Shown here: positions 40,435-47,674 of the stretch, piece after piece | Position numbering within the stretch: position 1 is the stretch's first letter | Layout of the letters: every line of letters starts with the position of its first letter | Assembly: GCA_035593605.1 (NCBI GenBank) | Contig: DAOSWS010000016.1 | Span: forward strand, 18,672 to 82,671 | Source of the DNA: Thermoanaerobaculia bacterium | Lineage (GTDB): Bacteria; Acidobacteriota; Thermoanaerobaculia; UBA2201; DAOSWS01 | Direction: 5' to 3' | Length of the DNA stretch: 64,000 nucleotides | Program-made: the position numbers and the translations under genes | Notes under the pieces: model-generated | What the model was told of the DNA's origin: nothing | The model's input: only the letters and a program-made list of their open reading frames with translations | The model's database searches: none

Positions 40435-40509
40435 AGAGCACAAATCGACATGCACTACCGTTATCACGCAAAACACCCCGTCCCCAGCACGGAAACGAAC
40501 AACAGGAGG

Positions 40510-41709
40510 ATGAACGTGAACCACTCCAGGACACTTCTTACGACTACATTTTTTGGACTGCTCACTGCGGTTTTCATGATGACCGCCTGCAAACAACAGC
40601 AGCCGATGGCTATGGGTCCCCCCCAGGTATCCTTCGTGACGATCCAACCGGAACCTGTAACACTGGAGACAGAACTGCCCGGGCGCACATCAGCTTATCT
40701 GGTTGCAGAAATCCGACCCAGAGTCAATGGAATCATCCTGGAAAGGGCCTTCACGGAGGGTGCCGATGTCCAGGCCGGGAGCCTTCTCTACCGTATCGAT
40801 CCGGAACCCTACCAGGCGGTCTATAATCAGGCCGAAGCGGCACTGAGCGTCGCCGAAGCCAATCTTCCCGCCTTACGATCTCGTTCGGAACGTCTCAGGG
40901 AACTGGTGGCGGTCCGAGCCGTGGGAGAACAGGACGCCGAGGATGCTGAGGCGGCTTTCCGTATGGCGGAAGCCAACGCAAAAGCGGCCCGTGCCGCGCT
41001 GGAGAGCGCGAGGATCAACCTTTCCTATACCCCCATCACCGCCCCGATTTCAGGCCGGATCGGACGTTCCATGGTAACCATCGGGGCCATGGTGACCGCA
41101 TATCAGCCGATGCCTCTGGCCGTCATTCAGCAGCTTGACCCGATTTATGTAGATGTTCCTCAAGCCACAACGGAACTGATGAAGTTCAATAACGCACGTA
41201 ATAACGGCGATCTCGCTGAAGGGACGGAAAGCCGCGTCGTGCGGCTTCTGTTGGAGGACGGTACTCCCTATGCAAGGAAAGGAACCCTGAAATTCCGGGA
41301 CGTGACTGTCGACCCCACGACCGGTTCCGTTCGTCTGCGAATGGTATTTCCCAATCCTGACCATGCGCTCCTGCCCGGAATGTTCGTCCGAGCCATCATC
41401 CAGGAAGGAACGATGGCGGAGGGTATCCTGGCACCGCAGCAGGGAATCACCCGCGACGCGTCGGGAGATCCCATCGCGTACCTGGTCAACGCGGAAAACA
41501 CGGTGGAGGTAAGGTCGCTGAAACTGGACCGCGCCATCGGGGACCGATGGCTGGTCACCGCAGGTCTCACCCCTGGCGATCGCCTGATCGTGGAAGGAAG
41601 ACAGAACGTACGGCCCGGTTCCCCGGTGACGGCCGTCCCCTTCGCTCCTGAGGAGAACGCCCCGAAACCCGAACAACCGACCGATAGCAGTTCACCGGAA
41701 TCGGAGTAG
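40510..41709 (+). CDS. RND efflux periplasmic adaptor (membrane fusion) lipoprotein
   Basis: Track ORF trimmed to ATG 40510 (or GTG 40516) after AGGAGG. Lipobox FMMTAC. Colinear with AcrA/MexA (coiled-coil AEAALSVAEANL..., RINLSYTPITAPISGRIG). Confidence 0.85.
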   Translation: MNVNHSRTLLTTTFFGLLTAVFMMTACKQQQPMAMGPPQVSFVTIQPEPVTLETELPGRTSAYLVAEIRPRVNGIILERAFTEGADVQAGSLLYRIDPEPYQAVYNQAEAALSVAEANLPALRSRSERLRELVAVRAVGEQDAEDAEAAFRMAEANAKAARAALESARINLSYTPITAPISGRIGRSMVTIGAMVTAYQPMPLAVIQQLDPIYVDVPQATTELMKFNNARNNGDLAEGTESRVVRLLLEDGTPYARKGTLKFRDVTVDPTTGSVRLRMVFPNPDHALLPGMFVRAIIQEGTMAEGILAPQQGITRDASGDPIAYLVNAENTVEVRSLKLDRAIGDRWLVTAGLTPGDRLIVEGRQNVRPGSPVTAVPFAPEENAPKPEQPTDSSSPESE

Positions 41710-41721
41710 AGGAGGACCTCC

Positions 41722-44700
41722 ATGGCACGATTCTTTCTCGACCGACCGGTCTTCGCCTGGGTGATCGCCATCGCCATGATGGTGGCCGGAGCCCTGGCCA
41801 TCTACAACCTTCCCATCTCCCAGTATCCCCCGGTGGCTCCGCCCTCCATCTCCATTACCGCCATATATCCCGGCGCATCCGCCAAGACGGTGGAAGACAG
41901 CGTCATTCAGATCATTGAGCAGAAGATGACGGGCCTGGACCGGATGATCTATATGTCTTCCACCAGTGAATCTTCAGGACGAGGCCAGATTATCCTCACC
42001 TTCGCCGCGGGAACCGATCCCGATATCGCGTGGTCGAAAGTCCAGAACAAGCTTCAGCTGGCGATGCCCATGCTTCCCGAAGTGGTGCAGCGCCAGGGCA
42101 TCTCTGTGGCTAAGTCGACGCGCAACTACCTGATCATCGTCGGGCTCACATCCCCTGACGGAAGCCACGATCAGAACGCCCTGAACGATTACCTCCATTC
42201 CCAGGTTCAGTCCGTCCTGGCACGCGTCCCGGGCGTAGGAGAGGCGGAGGTCTTCGGGTCCCAGTACGCTATGAGAATCTGGCTCGACCCTGAAAAACTG
42301 ACCAAGTATTCCATGACGATCAGCGATGTGGTTACGGCCATCCGCTCGTACAACGTGGAGGTCTCCGCGGGCCAGTTCGGCGGCGGCCCGGCGGTTCCCG
42401 GCCAGCGCCTCAACGCCTCCATTCTCGTCCAGTCTCTTCTCAAGACACCGGAAGAATTCGCCGCCATCCCCCTCCGTACCAACCCGGACGGCTCTGTCGT
42501 TCGGGTGAGAGACGTGGGCCGGACCGCGCTGGGGACCGATTTCCAGGAAGTCTCGGTAAAGTACAACGGGCAACCGGTGGGAGGCATCGCCGTGCGCCAG
42601 CAGCCCGGCGCCAACGCCCTGGACACCGCCAACGCAATTAAAGAGAAGATGAAGGAACTTTCCCATTACTTCCCGCCCGGCATGGAAGTGGTCTACCCCT
42701 ATGACACGACCCCCTTTGTGAAGGTGGCGATCGAGGAGGTCTTTAAGACCCTCATCGAAGCCATCATCCTCGTCTTTCTGGTCATGTACCTCTTCCTGGG
42801 CAACATACGGGCCACGCTGGTTCCCACCATCGCCGTCCCGGTGGTCATCCTGGGTACCTTCGGCGTTTTGGCCCTTCTGGGCTTCTCCATCAACATGCTG
42901 ACGATGTTCGCCATGGTTCTCTCCATCGGCCTCCTTGTGGACGACGCCATCGTCGTCGTCGAAAACGTGGAGCGGGTCATGGAGGAGGAAGGTCTACCGC
43001 CCCTGGAGGCCACAAGAAAATCAATGGACCAGATCACAAGCGCCCTTGTCGGAATCGGCATGGTTCTCTCCGCGGTCTTCGGTCCCATGGTCTTCTTCCC
43101 CGGCTCCACCGGCATCATCTACCGCCAGTTCTCGGCCACCGTCATCGCCTCGATGCTCCTCTCCGTTCTGGTGGCCCTTATCCTGACGCCGGTTCTCTGC
43201 GCTTCCCTCCTGAAACCGACAGGGAAAGGCCATGCGGCTGCCGAGGGGGCCTTCTTCCTCTTCCGTCCCTTCTTTCTCTGGTTTGACCGGACCTTTCACC
43301 GGTTACGGGACCTGTACCAGGCCGCTGTCGGCCACATCCTGGGACGCAGGGCGCGCTACGTCGTTGTCTTCCTGCTCATCGTTGTCCTGACCGGTTTCTT
43401 CTTTTTCCGGATGCCCACCTCTTACCTCCCCGACGAAGATCAGGGGATCCTCCTGACAATGGTTCAGCTTCCCGTGGGATCAACACTGGAGCAGACCCAG
43501 GAAGTCATGGAGAAGGTCCAGCACCACTTTCTGGTGGACCAGAAGGAGGCGGTCAAGTCCGTCATGGCCATTACCGGATTCGGCTTCTCCGGCCAGGGCC
43601 AGAACCAGGCTATGGCCTTCGTCATGTTGAAGGATTGGAACCTGCGCCAGAGGGACGATCTCCGCGTCAAGGCCGTCGCGGGGAGGGCCATGGGATTCCT
43701 CATGTCCCTGACGAACGCCCGTGCCTTTGCCTTCCCGCCCCCGTCGATCATCGAGCTGGGGACCTCCACCGGCTTTGATTTCATGCTTCAGGATCGAAGC
43801 GGTCTTGGACACGAAGCCCTGATGAAGGCACGGCTCCAGGTCCTGGGGATGGCCATGCAGGACCCGCGGCTCACCTCCGTTCGCCCCAACGGTATGGATG
43901 ACGTTCCCCAGTACCAGGTGGAAATCGACTGGGAAAAGGCCGGTGCCATGGGGGTTCCCGTGAGTGCGGCCCAGATGCAGCTGGCCGCCGCCTTTGGAAG
44001 TGCCTATGTAAACGACTTCATCCACAATGGACGCGTCAAGCGCGTCTACGCCCAGGTGGACGCTCCCTTCCGGATGCTTCCGGGGGATATCGACCGGCTC
44101 TTCGTCCGGAACATGGTCGGATCCATGGTGCCCTTTTCCGCACTGGCTTCCGGCCACTGGATCTCCGGTTCTCCCCGTCTGGAACGGTACAACAGCTTCC
44201 CCTCCCTCAATTTCCAGGGAGAGGCGGCTCCGGGGCACAGTTCCGGCGAGGCCATGGAGGCAATGGAAGAGATCGCCTCAAAGCTTCCCAAGGGCTTCGG
44301 CCACGAGTGGACTGGCATGTCCTACCAGGAGCGGATGGCCCAGTCCCAGGCCGGGCTCCTCTACGCCTTCTCCATCTTTGTCATCTTCCTGGTCCTGGCG
44401 GCCCTCTACGAGAGCTGGACCGTTCCCATCTCCGTCATGCTGGCTCTCCCCCTGGGCGTCATCGGCAGTATCGCAGCCACATCTCTGCGCGGTCTTCCCA
44501 ACGATATCTACTTCCAGATCGGTCTCCTGACGGTCCTGGGCCTCACGACGAAGAACGCCATTCTGATCGTCCAGTTTGCAAAGTTCCGCATGGAAGAGGG
44601 CATGGGATTGCTGGAGGCCACGCTGGAAGGCGCCCGTCTTCGACTGCGTCCCATCGTCATGACATCACTGGCCTTTGGCTTCGGCGTTCTTCCTCTGGCA

Positions 44701-44901
44701 CTGGCCTCCGGAGCCGGCGCCGGGGCACAGAACGCCATCGGTACCGCCGTCTTCGGCGGAATGGTGACGGCCACCTTCCTGGCTATCTTTTTTATACCCC
44801 TTTTCTATGTCCTTGTTGTCCGCATCTTCGGGCGAAAAGGGAAGGAGCCTTATCCTCCGGATTACGAAACATCACCCGGCATAGCGCCGAGGGAGCAGTA
44901 A
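41722..44901 (+). CDS. RND multidrug efflux permease, AcrB/MexB (HAE1) family
   Basis: MARFFLDRPVFAWVIAIAMMVAGALAI... 1059 aa with 12-TM architecture. GAGGAGG RBS. Confidence 0.95.
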   Translation: MARFFLDRPVFAWVIAIAMMVAGALAIYNLPISQYPPVAPPSISITAIYPGASAKTVEDSVIQIIEQKMTGLDRMIYMSSTSESSGRGQIILTFAAGTDPDIAWSKVQNKLQLAMPMLPEVVQRQGISVAKSTRNYLIIVGLTSPDGSHDQNALNDYLHSQVQSVLARVPGVGEAEVFGSQYAMRIWLDPEKLTKYSMTISDVVTAIRSYNVEVSAGQFGGGPAVPGQRLNASILVQSLLKTPEEFAAIPLRTNPDGSVVRVRDVGRTALGTDFQEVSVKYNGQPVGGIAVRQQPGANALDTANAIKEKMKELSHYFPPGMEVVYPYDTTPFVKVAIEEVFKTLIEAIILVFLVMYLFLGNIRATLVPTIAVPVVILGTFGVLALLGFSINMLTMFAMVLSIGLLVDDAIVVVENVERVMEEEGLPPLEATRKSMDQITSALVGIGMVLSAVFGPMVFFPGSTGIIYRQFSATVIASMLLSVLVALILTPVLCASLLKPTGKGHAAAEGAFFLFRPFFLWFDRTFHRLRDLYQAAVGHILGRRARYVVVFLLIVVLTGFFFFRMPTSYLPDEDQGILLTMVQLPVGSTLEQTQEVMEKVQHHFLVDQKEAVKSVMAITGFGFSGQGQNQAMAFVMLKDWNLRQRDDLRVKAVAGRAMGFLMSLTNARAFAFPPPSIIELGTSTGFDFMLQDRSGLGHEALMKARLQVLGMAMQDPRLTSVRPNGMDDVPQYQVEIDWEKAGAMGVPVSAAQMQLAAAFGSAYVNDFIHNGRVKRVYAQVDAPFRMLPGDIDRLFVRNMVGSMVPFSALASGHWISGSPRLERYNSFPSLNFQGEAAPGHSSGEAMEAMEEIASKLPKGFGHEWTGMSYQERMAQSQAGLLYAFSIFVIFLVLAALYESWTVPISVMLALPLGVIGSIAATSLRGLPNDIYFQIGLLTVLGLTTKNAILIVQFAKFRMEEGMGLLEATLEGARLRLRPIVMTSLAFGFGVLPLALASGAGAGAQNAIGTAVFGGMVTATFLAIFFIPLFYVLVVRIFGRKGKEPYPPDYETSPGIAPREQ

Positions 44902-44902
44902 G

Positions 44903-46366
44903 ATGAAAAACCGATTCCTATCCTCATTCATCCTGGTCGCAATCATGATCCTGATTCCGGGCTGCACGATGATCCCGGACTACGTCCGCCCTGAACCGCC
45001 GGTCCCTGACACCTGGCCGGAAACAGAAGGATCTGCCTCTGTGTCAAATCCGGAACATCCCATTCCGGACAGCTTCTGGATGGACTATTACTCGGACCCG
45101 CAACTTCAATCCGTCATTGAGCTGGCTCTGGCGAACAATCGAGACCTCCGTCTGACAGCCCTCAACATAGAAAAGGCCCGGGCTCTCTATCGAATCCAGC
45201 GTTCAGAGCTGACTCCATCCTTCGGAATGCAGGTTACGGGAGAGAAGTACCGCCTGCCGGAGCAGATGACGGAAGACGGCGTCGCGGAGACGGTGGAGCA
45301 GTACTCGGTTCAGGTCGGGTTCATATCGTGGGAACTGGATTTTTTCGGCCGAATCCGAAGCCTTAAAGAAAAGGCTTTGAACCAGTATTTCGCGCTGGAG
45401 CAGACCCATCTCGCCGCCCGGATCTCTCTGATCGGAACCGTGGCCCAGACCTACCTCACCTGTGCATCGGACCGGGAAAATCTGGCCCTGGCCCGGGAAA
45501 CTCTCAAGACCCAGCAGACATACCTCGACATGATTCAGAGAAGTCGAGACCTCGGGCTGGCGACGGATCTCGATCTCAGCCAGGCCATTAGCCAGGTCGA
45601 AGCCGCCCGGCTGGATGTATCCAGGTATGAAGGGTTGACGGCCCTGGATAAGAACGCCCTGGATCTTCTGGTTGGATCCACCGTCGATCCGGACCTTCTG
45701 CCGGCATCCCTGCCGGACCTGTCCGGGTTTCATGCCATTTCTCCCGGCATACCCTCTGATGTGCTTCTCCAGCGTCCCGACATTCTCCAGGCCGAGTACC
45801 TGCTGAAATCGATGAATGCAAATATCGGTGCCGCACGCGCCGCGTTCTTTCCCCGGATTTCCCTGACAGCAGGTTTCGGGACGATGAGTCCGGAACTCTC
45901 GGGCCTCTTCACATCGGGAAGCGGGACCTGGACCTTTGCTCCTCAGCTCCTTACTCCAATCTTCGCGGGAGGCCTGCAGCTGGCCCGGCTGAAAGCTGCC
46001 AGGGTAGACCGTGAGATGGCCGTGGCCGAATACGAAAAGGCCATTCAGACCGCGTTTCGCGAAGTCAGTGACACCCTGACTCTTCGTGCATCCTTCGCAA
46101 AACAGATCCAGGCTCAAAGATCACTCGTGGAGGCCCTGGACCGGACCTTTCAACTCTCCAAAGCCCGTTACGACGCCGGACTCGATGGATACCTGGGCGT
46201 CCTCGTCGCACAACGATCCCTGTACGCGGCGCAAAAGGGCCTGATCGCCCTCCGGCTCGCTTCCCAGGTGAACGACATCAATCTGTACAAGGCGCTGGGC
46301 GGAGGAAAAACGGGAGCAAATCCTGAGGAAAAGACGGAGCCCGCGGGGGATGAGATAATCGAATAA
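44903..46366 (+). CDS. outer-membrane efflux factor lipoprotein (NodT/OprM family)
   Basis: Lipobox ILIPGC. Duplicated OEP repeats (ALANNRDLRLTALNIEKARA..., LLQRPDILQAEYLLKSMNANIGAARAAFFP). Confidence 0.9.
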   Translation: MKNRFLSSFILVAIMILIPGCTMIPDYVRPEPPVPDTWPETEGSASVSNPEHPIPDSFWMDYYSDPQLQSVIELALANNRDLRLTALNIEKARALYRIQRSELTPSFGMQVTGEKYRLPEQMTEDGVAETVEQYSVQVGFISWELDFFGRIRSLKEKALNQYFALEQTHLAARISLIGTVAQTYLTCASDRENLALARETLKTQQTYLDMIQRSRDLGLATDLDLSQAISQVEAARLDVSRYEGLTALDKNALDLLVGSTVDPDLLPASLPDLSGFHAISPGIPSDVLLQRPDILQAEYLLKSMNANIGAARAAFFPRISLTAGFGTMSPELSGLFTSGSGTWTFAPQLLTPIFAGGLQLARLKAARVDREMAVAEYEKAIQTAFREVSDTLTLRASFAKQIQAQRSLVEALDRTFQLSKARYDAGLDGYLGVLVAQRSLYAAQKGLIALRLASQVNDINLYKALGGGKTGANPEEKTEPAGDEIIE

Positions 46367-46545
46367 CGGAACTCCGGAATGAACCGGGGACACGTATCCA
46401 GTACATGTCCCACGTTCACTCGGGATAGGGAGATCGTACGGGGAGAGGAGCAGGGATTCGACGCTTGAGCTCAGTATCATTGAGTGAAAGCGCGGCGAAC
46501 GGGAGGGTGCGTGGGCAGTAAGCCTACCCCAAAGGGGTGAGAAGA

Positions 46546-46627
46546 CCTGCACCCCAGCCATAGCCAAAGAAAAAGCTCCCGGTAGGGAGCTTTTTGTTTC
46601 TTTGGCTGTCAATGGCTGGGGTGCAGG
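46546..46627. repeat. compound ~82-nt palindrome made of an inverted copy of the tRNA-Gln 3' end, a second arm pair and the central terminator hairpin
   Basis: CCTGCACCCCAGCCA (46546..46560) is the exact reverse complement of 46613..46627 (the last 15 nt of the tRNA). AGCCAAAGAAA (46562..46572) pairs with 46597..46607. Centre hairpin GCTCCC-ggta-GGGAGC. Confidence 0.85.
46570..46600. terminator. bidirectional intrinsic terminator (A-tract/hairpin/T-tract)
   Basis: aaaaaGCTCCCggtaGGGAGCtttttgttt. It lies downstream of the tRNA on the minus strand and downstream of the RND operon on the plus strand. Confidence 0.7.
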
Positions 46628-46687
46628 GATTCGAACCCCAATTCTTGGATCCAGAGTCCAATGTCCTGCCAGTTGAACGACACCCCA
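46613..46687 (-). tRNA. tRNA-Gln (anticodon CTG), CCA encoded
   Basis: Minus strand: TGGGGTG TC GTTC AACTGGCAG GGAC A TTGGA CTCTGGA TCCAA GAAT TGGGG TTCGAAT CCCTG CACCCCA G CCA. Cloverleaf folded by hand. The anticodon loop CT-CTG-GA gives CUG. Confidence 0.9.
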
Positions 46688-46699
46688 GCAAGCGGGGCC

Positions 46700-46728
46700 A
46701 TTATACGTGAGGGTCTATACCTTGTCAA
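46700..46728 (-). promoter_or_regulatory. consensus sigma70 promoter of tRNA-Gln
   Basis: Minus strand: TTGACA (46728..46723), 17-nt spacer, TATAAT (46705..46700). The tRNA 5' end is 13 nt downstream. Confidence 0.75.
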
Positions 46729-46802
46729 GGGAAGTCAGGGGCTCAGCATCGCACCTTTTCGTCTTTCTTGTTCATCTCGTCATGTTCTGATAGGATAAGA
46801 GG

Positions 46803-47249
46803 GTGAAAGTTCAACTGGATCTTGCCAGCGATGAAAGCGTCCTGGAGACGGCAGAATCGGTAATCGAACAGTTTCTCGAAACGCTGGACTGGAACGAAGA
46901 TGAAATCTACTGGTTTTGCCTGGCAATCCGAGAAGTTCTGATCAATGCTATCGTCCACGGAAACGGAAGAGATCCCGAAAAAAAGGTATTTCTTACCGTT
47001 GAAAATAATGGTGAATTCGTCAAGGCTACAATCATCGACGAGGGGAAGGGATCGGAAATCCCAAAGATTCCGGATGCTCTTTCTCCCCAGAACCTTTTAA
47101 AGCCTCACGGCCGGGGATTATACCTCGCCCAGCAGATCGTCAATAAAATCCAGATGACCCGAACCCAGAGTGGCGGGCTGGAAGTTCAACTCTTTAAAAC
47201 CATGACACAGGGAGGAAGCAATGAAAATACGCATCGAAGAACAGGGTAA
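46803..47249 (+). CDS. anti-sigma-factor-type Ser/Thr kinase (RsbW/SpoIIAB-like, HATPase_c)
   Basis: GTG start after AAGAGG. N-box EVLINAIVHGN, G1 DEGKG, G2 GRGLYL. Confidence 0.8.
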   Translation: MKVQLDLASDESVLETAESVIEQFLETLDWNEDEIYWFCLAIREVLINAIVHGNGRDPEKKVFLTVENNGEFVKATIIDEGKGSEIPKIPDALSPQNLLKPHGRGLYLAQQIVNKIQMTRTQSGGLEVQLFKTMTQGGSNENTHRRTG

Positions 47250-47556
47250 CGTATCGGTCATCCGTCTGGACGGGAAACTCACAACTGGATCCGGCGATGT
47301 CAGTCTCCGTCAGACGATTAAAGACCTGCTCGACAAAGATCGCAAGTCGATTCTTATTGACATGGCCAGGGTGAAGAACATCGATTCCGGCGGCATCGGT
47401 GAAATGGTCTCCTCCTATACGACCGCCAAAAATCGCGGCGCCGCCCTTAAGCTCCTCAATATGCCCGAGCGTGCCATGGCCATCTTTCATATGACTCAGT
47501 TGATCACCGTATTTGAAGTCTATGAGGATGAGAAGGAAGCTCTGACCTCTTTCTGA
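47221..47556 (+). CDS. STAS-domain anti-sigma-factor antagonist (RsbV/SpoIIAA-like)
   Basis: MKIRIEEQGNVSVIRLDGKLT.., phosphorylatable-Ser motif NIDSGGIG. GGGAGGA RBS. It overlaps the kinase gene by 29 nt. Confidence 0.85.
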   Translation: MKIRIEEQGNVSVIRLDGKLTTGSGDVSLRQTIKDLLDKDRKSILIDMARVKNIDSGGIGEMVSSYTTAKNRGAALKLLNMPERAMAIFHMTQLITVFEVYEDEKEALTSF

Positions 47557-47674
47557 CTCTGACCTTCCCGTCCCATCCATGGGACATGAACCCCTGTGTC
47601 GTCCCGGGAAAAGGACGTGTGGAACGCAAATTTACTGGCATAAGGATTGCACATAATCGGGCGAGGAGGACAAC

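Noticed and set aside
40042-44238. Minus-strand track ORFs over the TetR/RND genes (40042..40647, 41050..41676, 41974..42666, 43480..44238)
   Set aside because: They are antisense shadows typical of GC-rich coding sequence. The plus-strand genes have strong family signatures and RBSs.
46440-46560. tmRNA-like 5' motif GGGG-N10-GGATTCGACG (46440..46463) with a tRNA-like ...CACCCCAGCCA end at 46560
   Set aside because: The span is only ~120 nt against the roughly 350 nt typical of tmRNA. There is no T-arm (GGTTCGAATCC) before the 3' end. The 5' GGGGAGA cannot pair with the 3' CACCCCA, and no tag reading frame is evident. It is better explained as fragments of the neighbouring tRNA-Gln gene.
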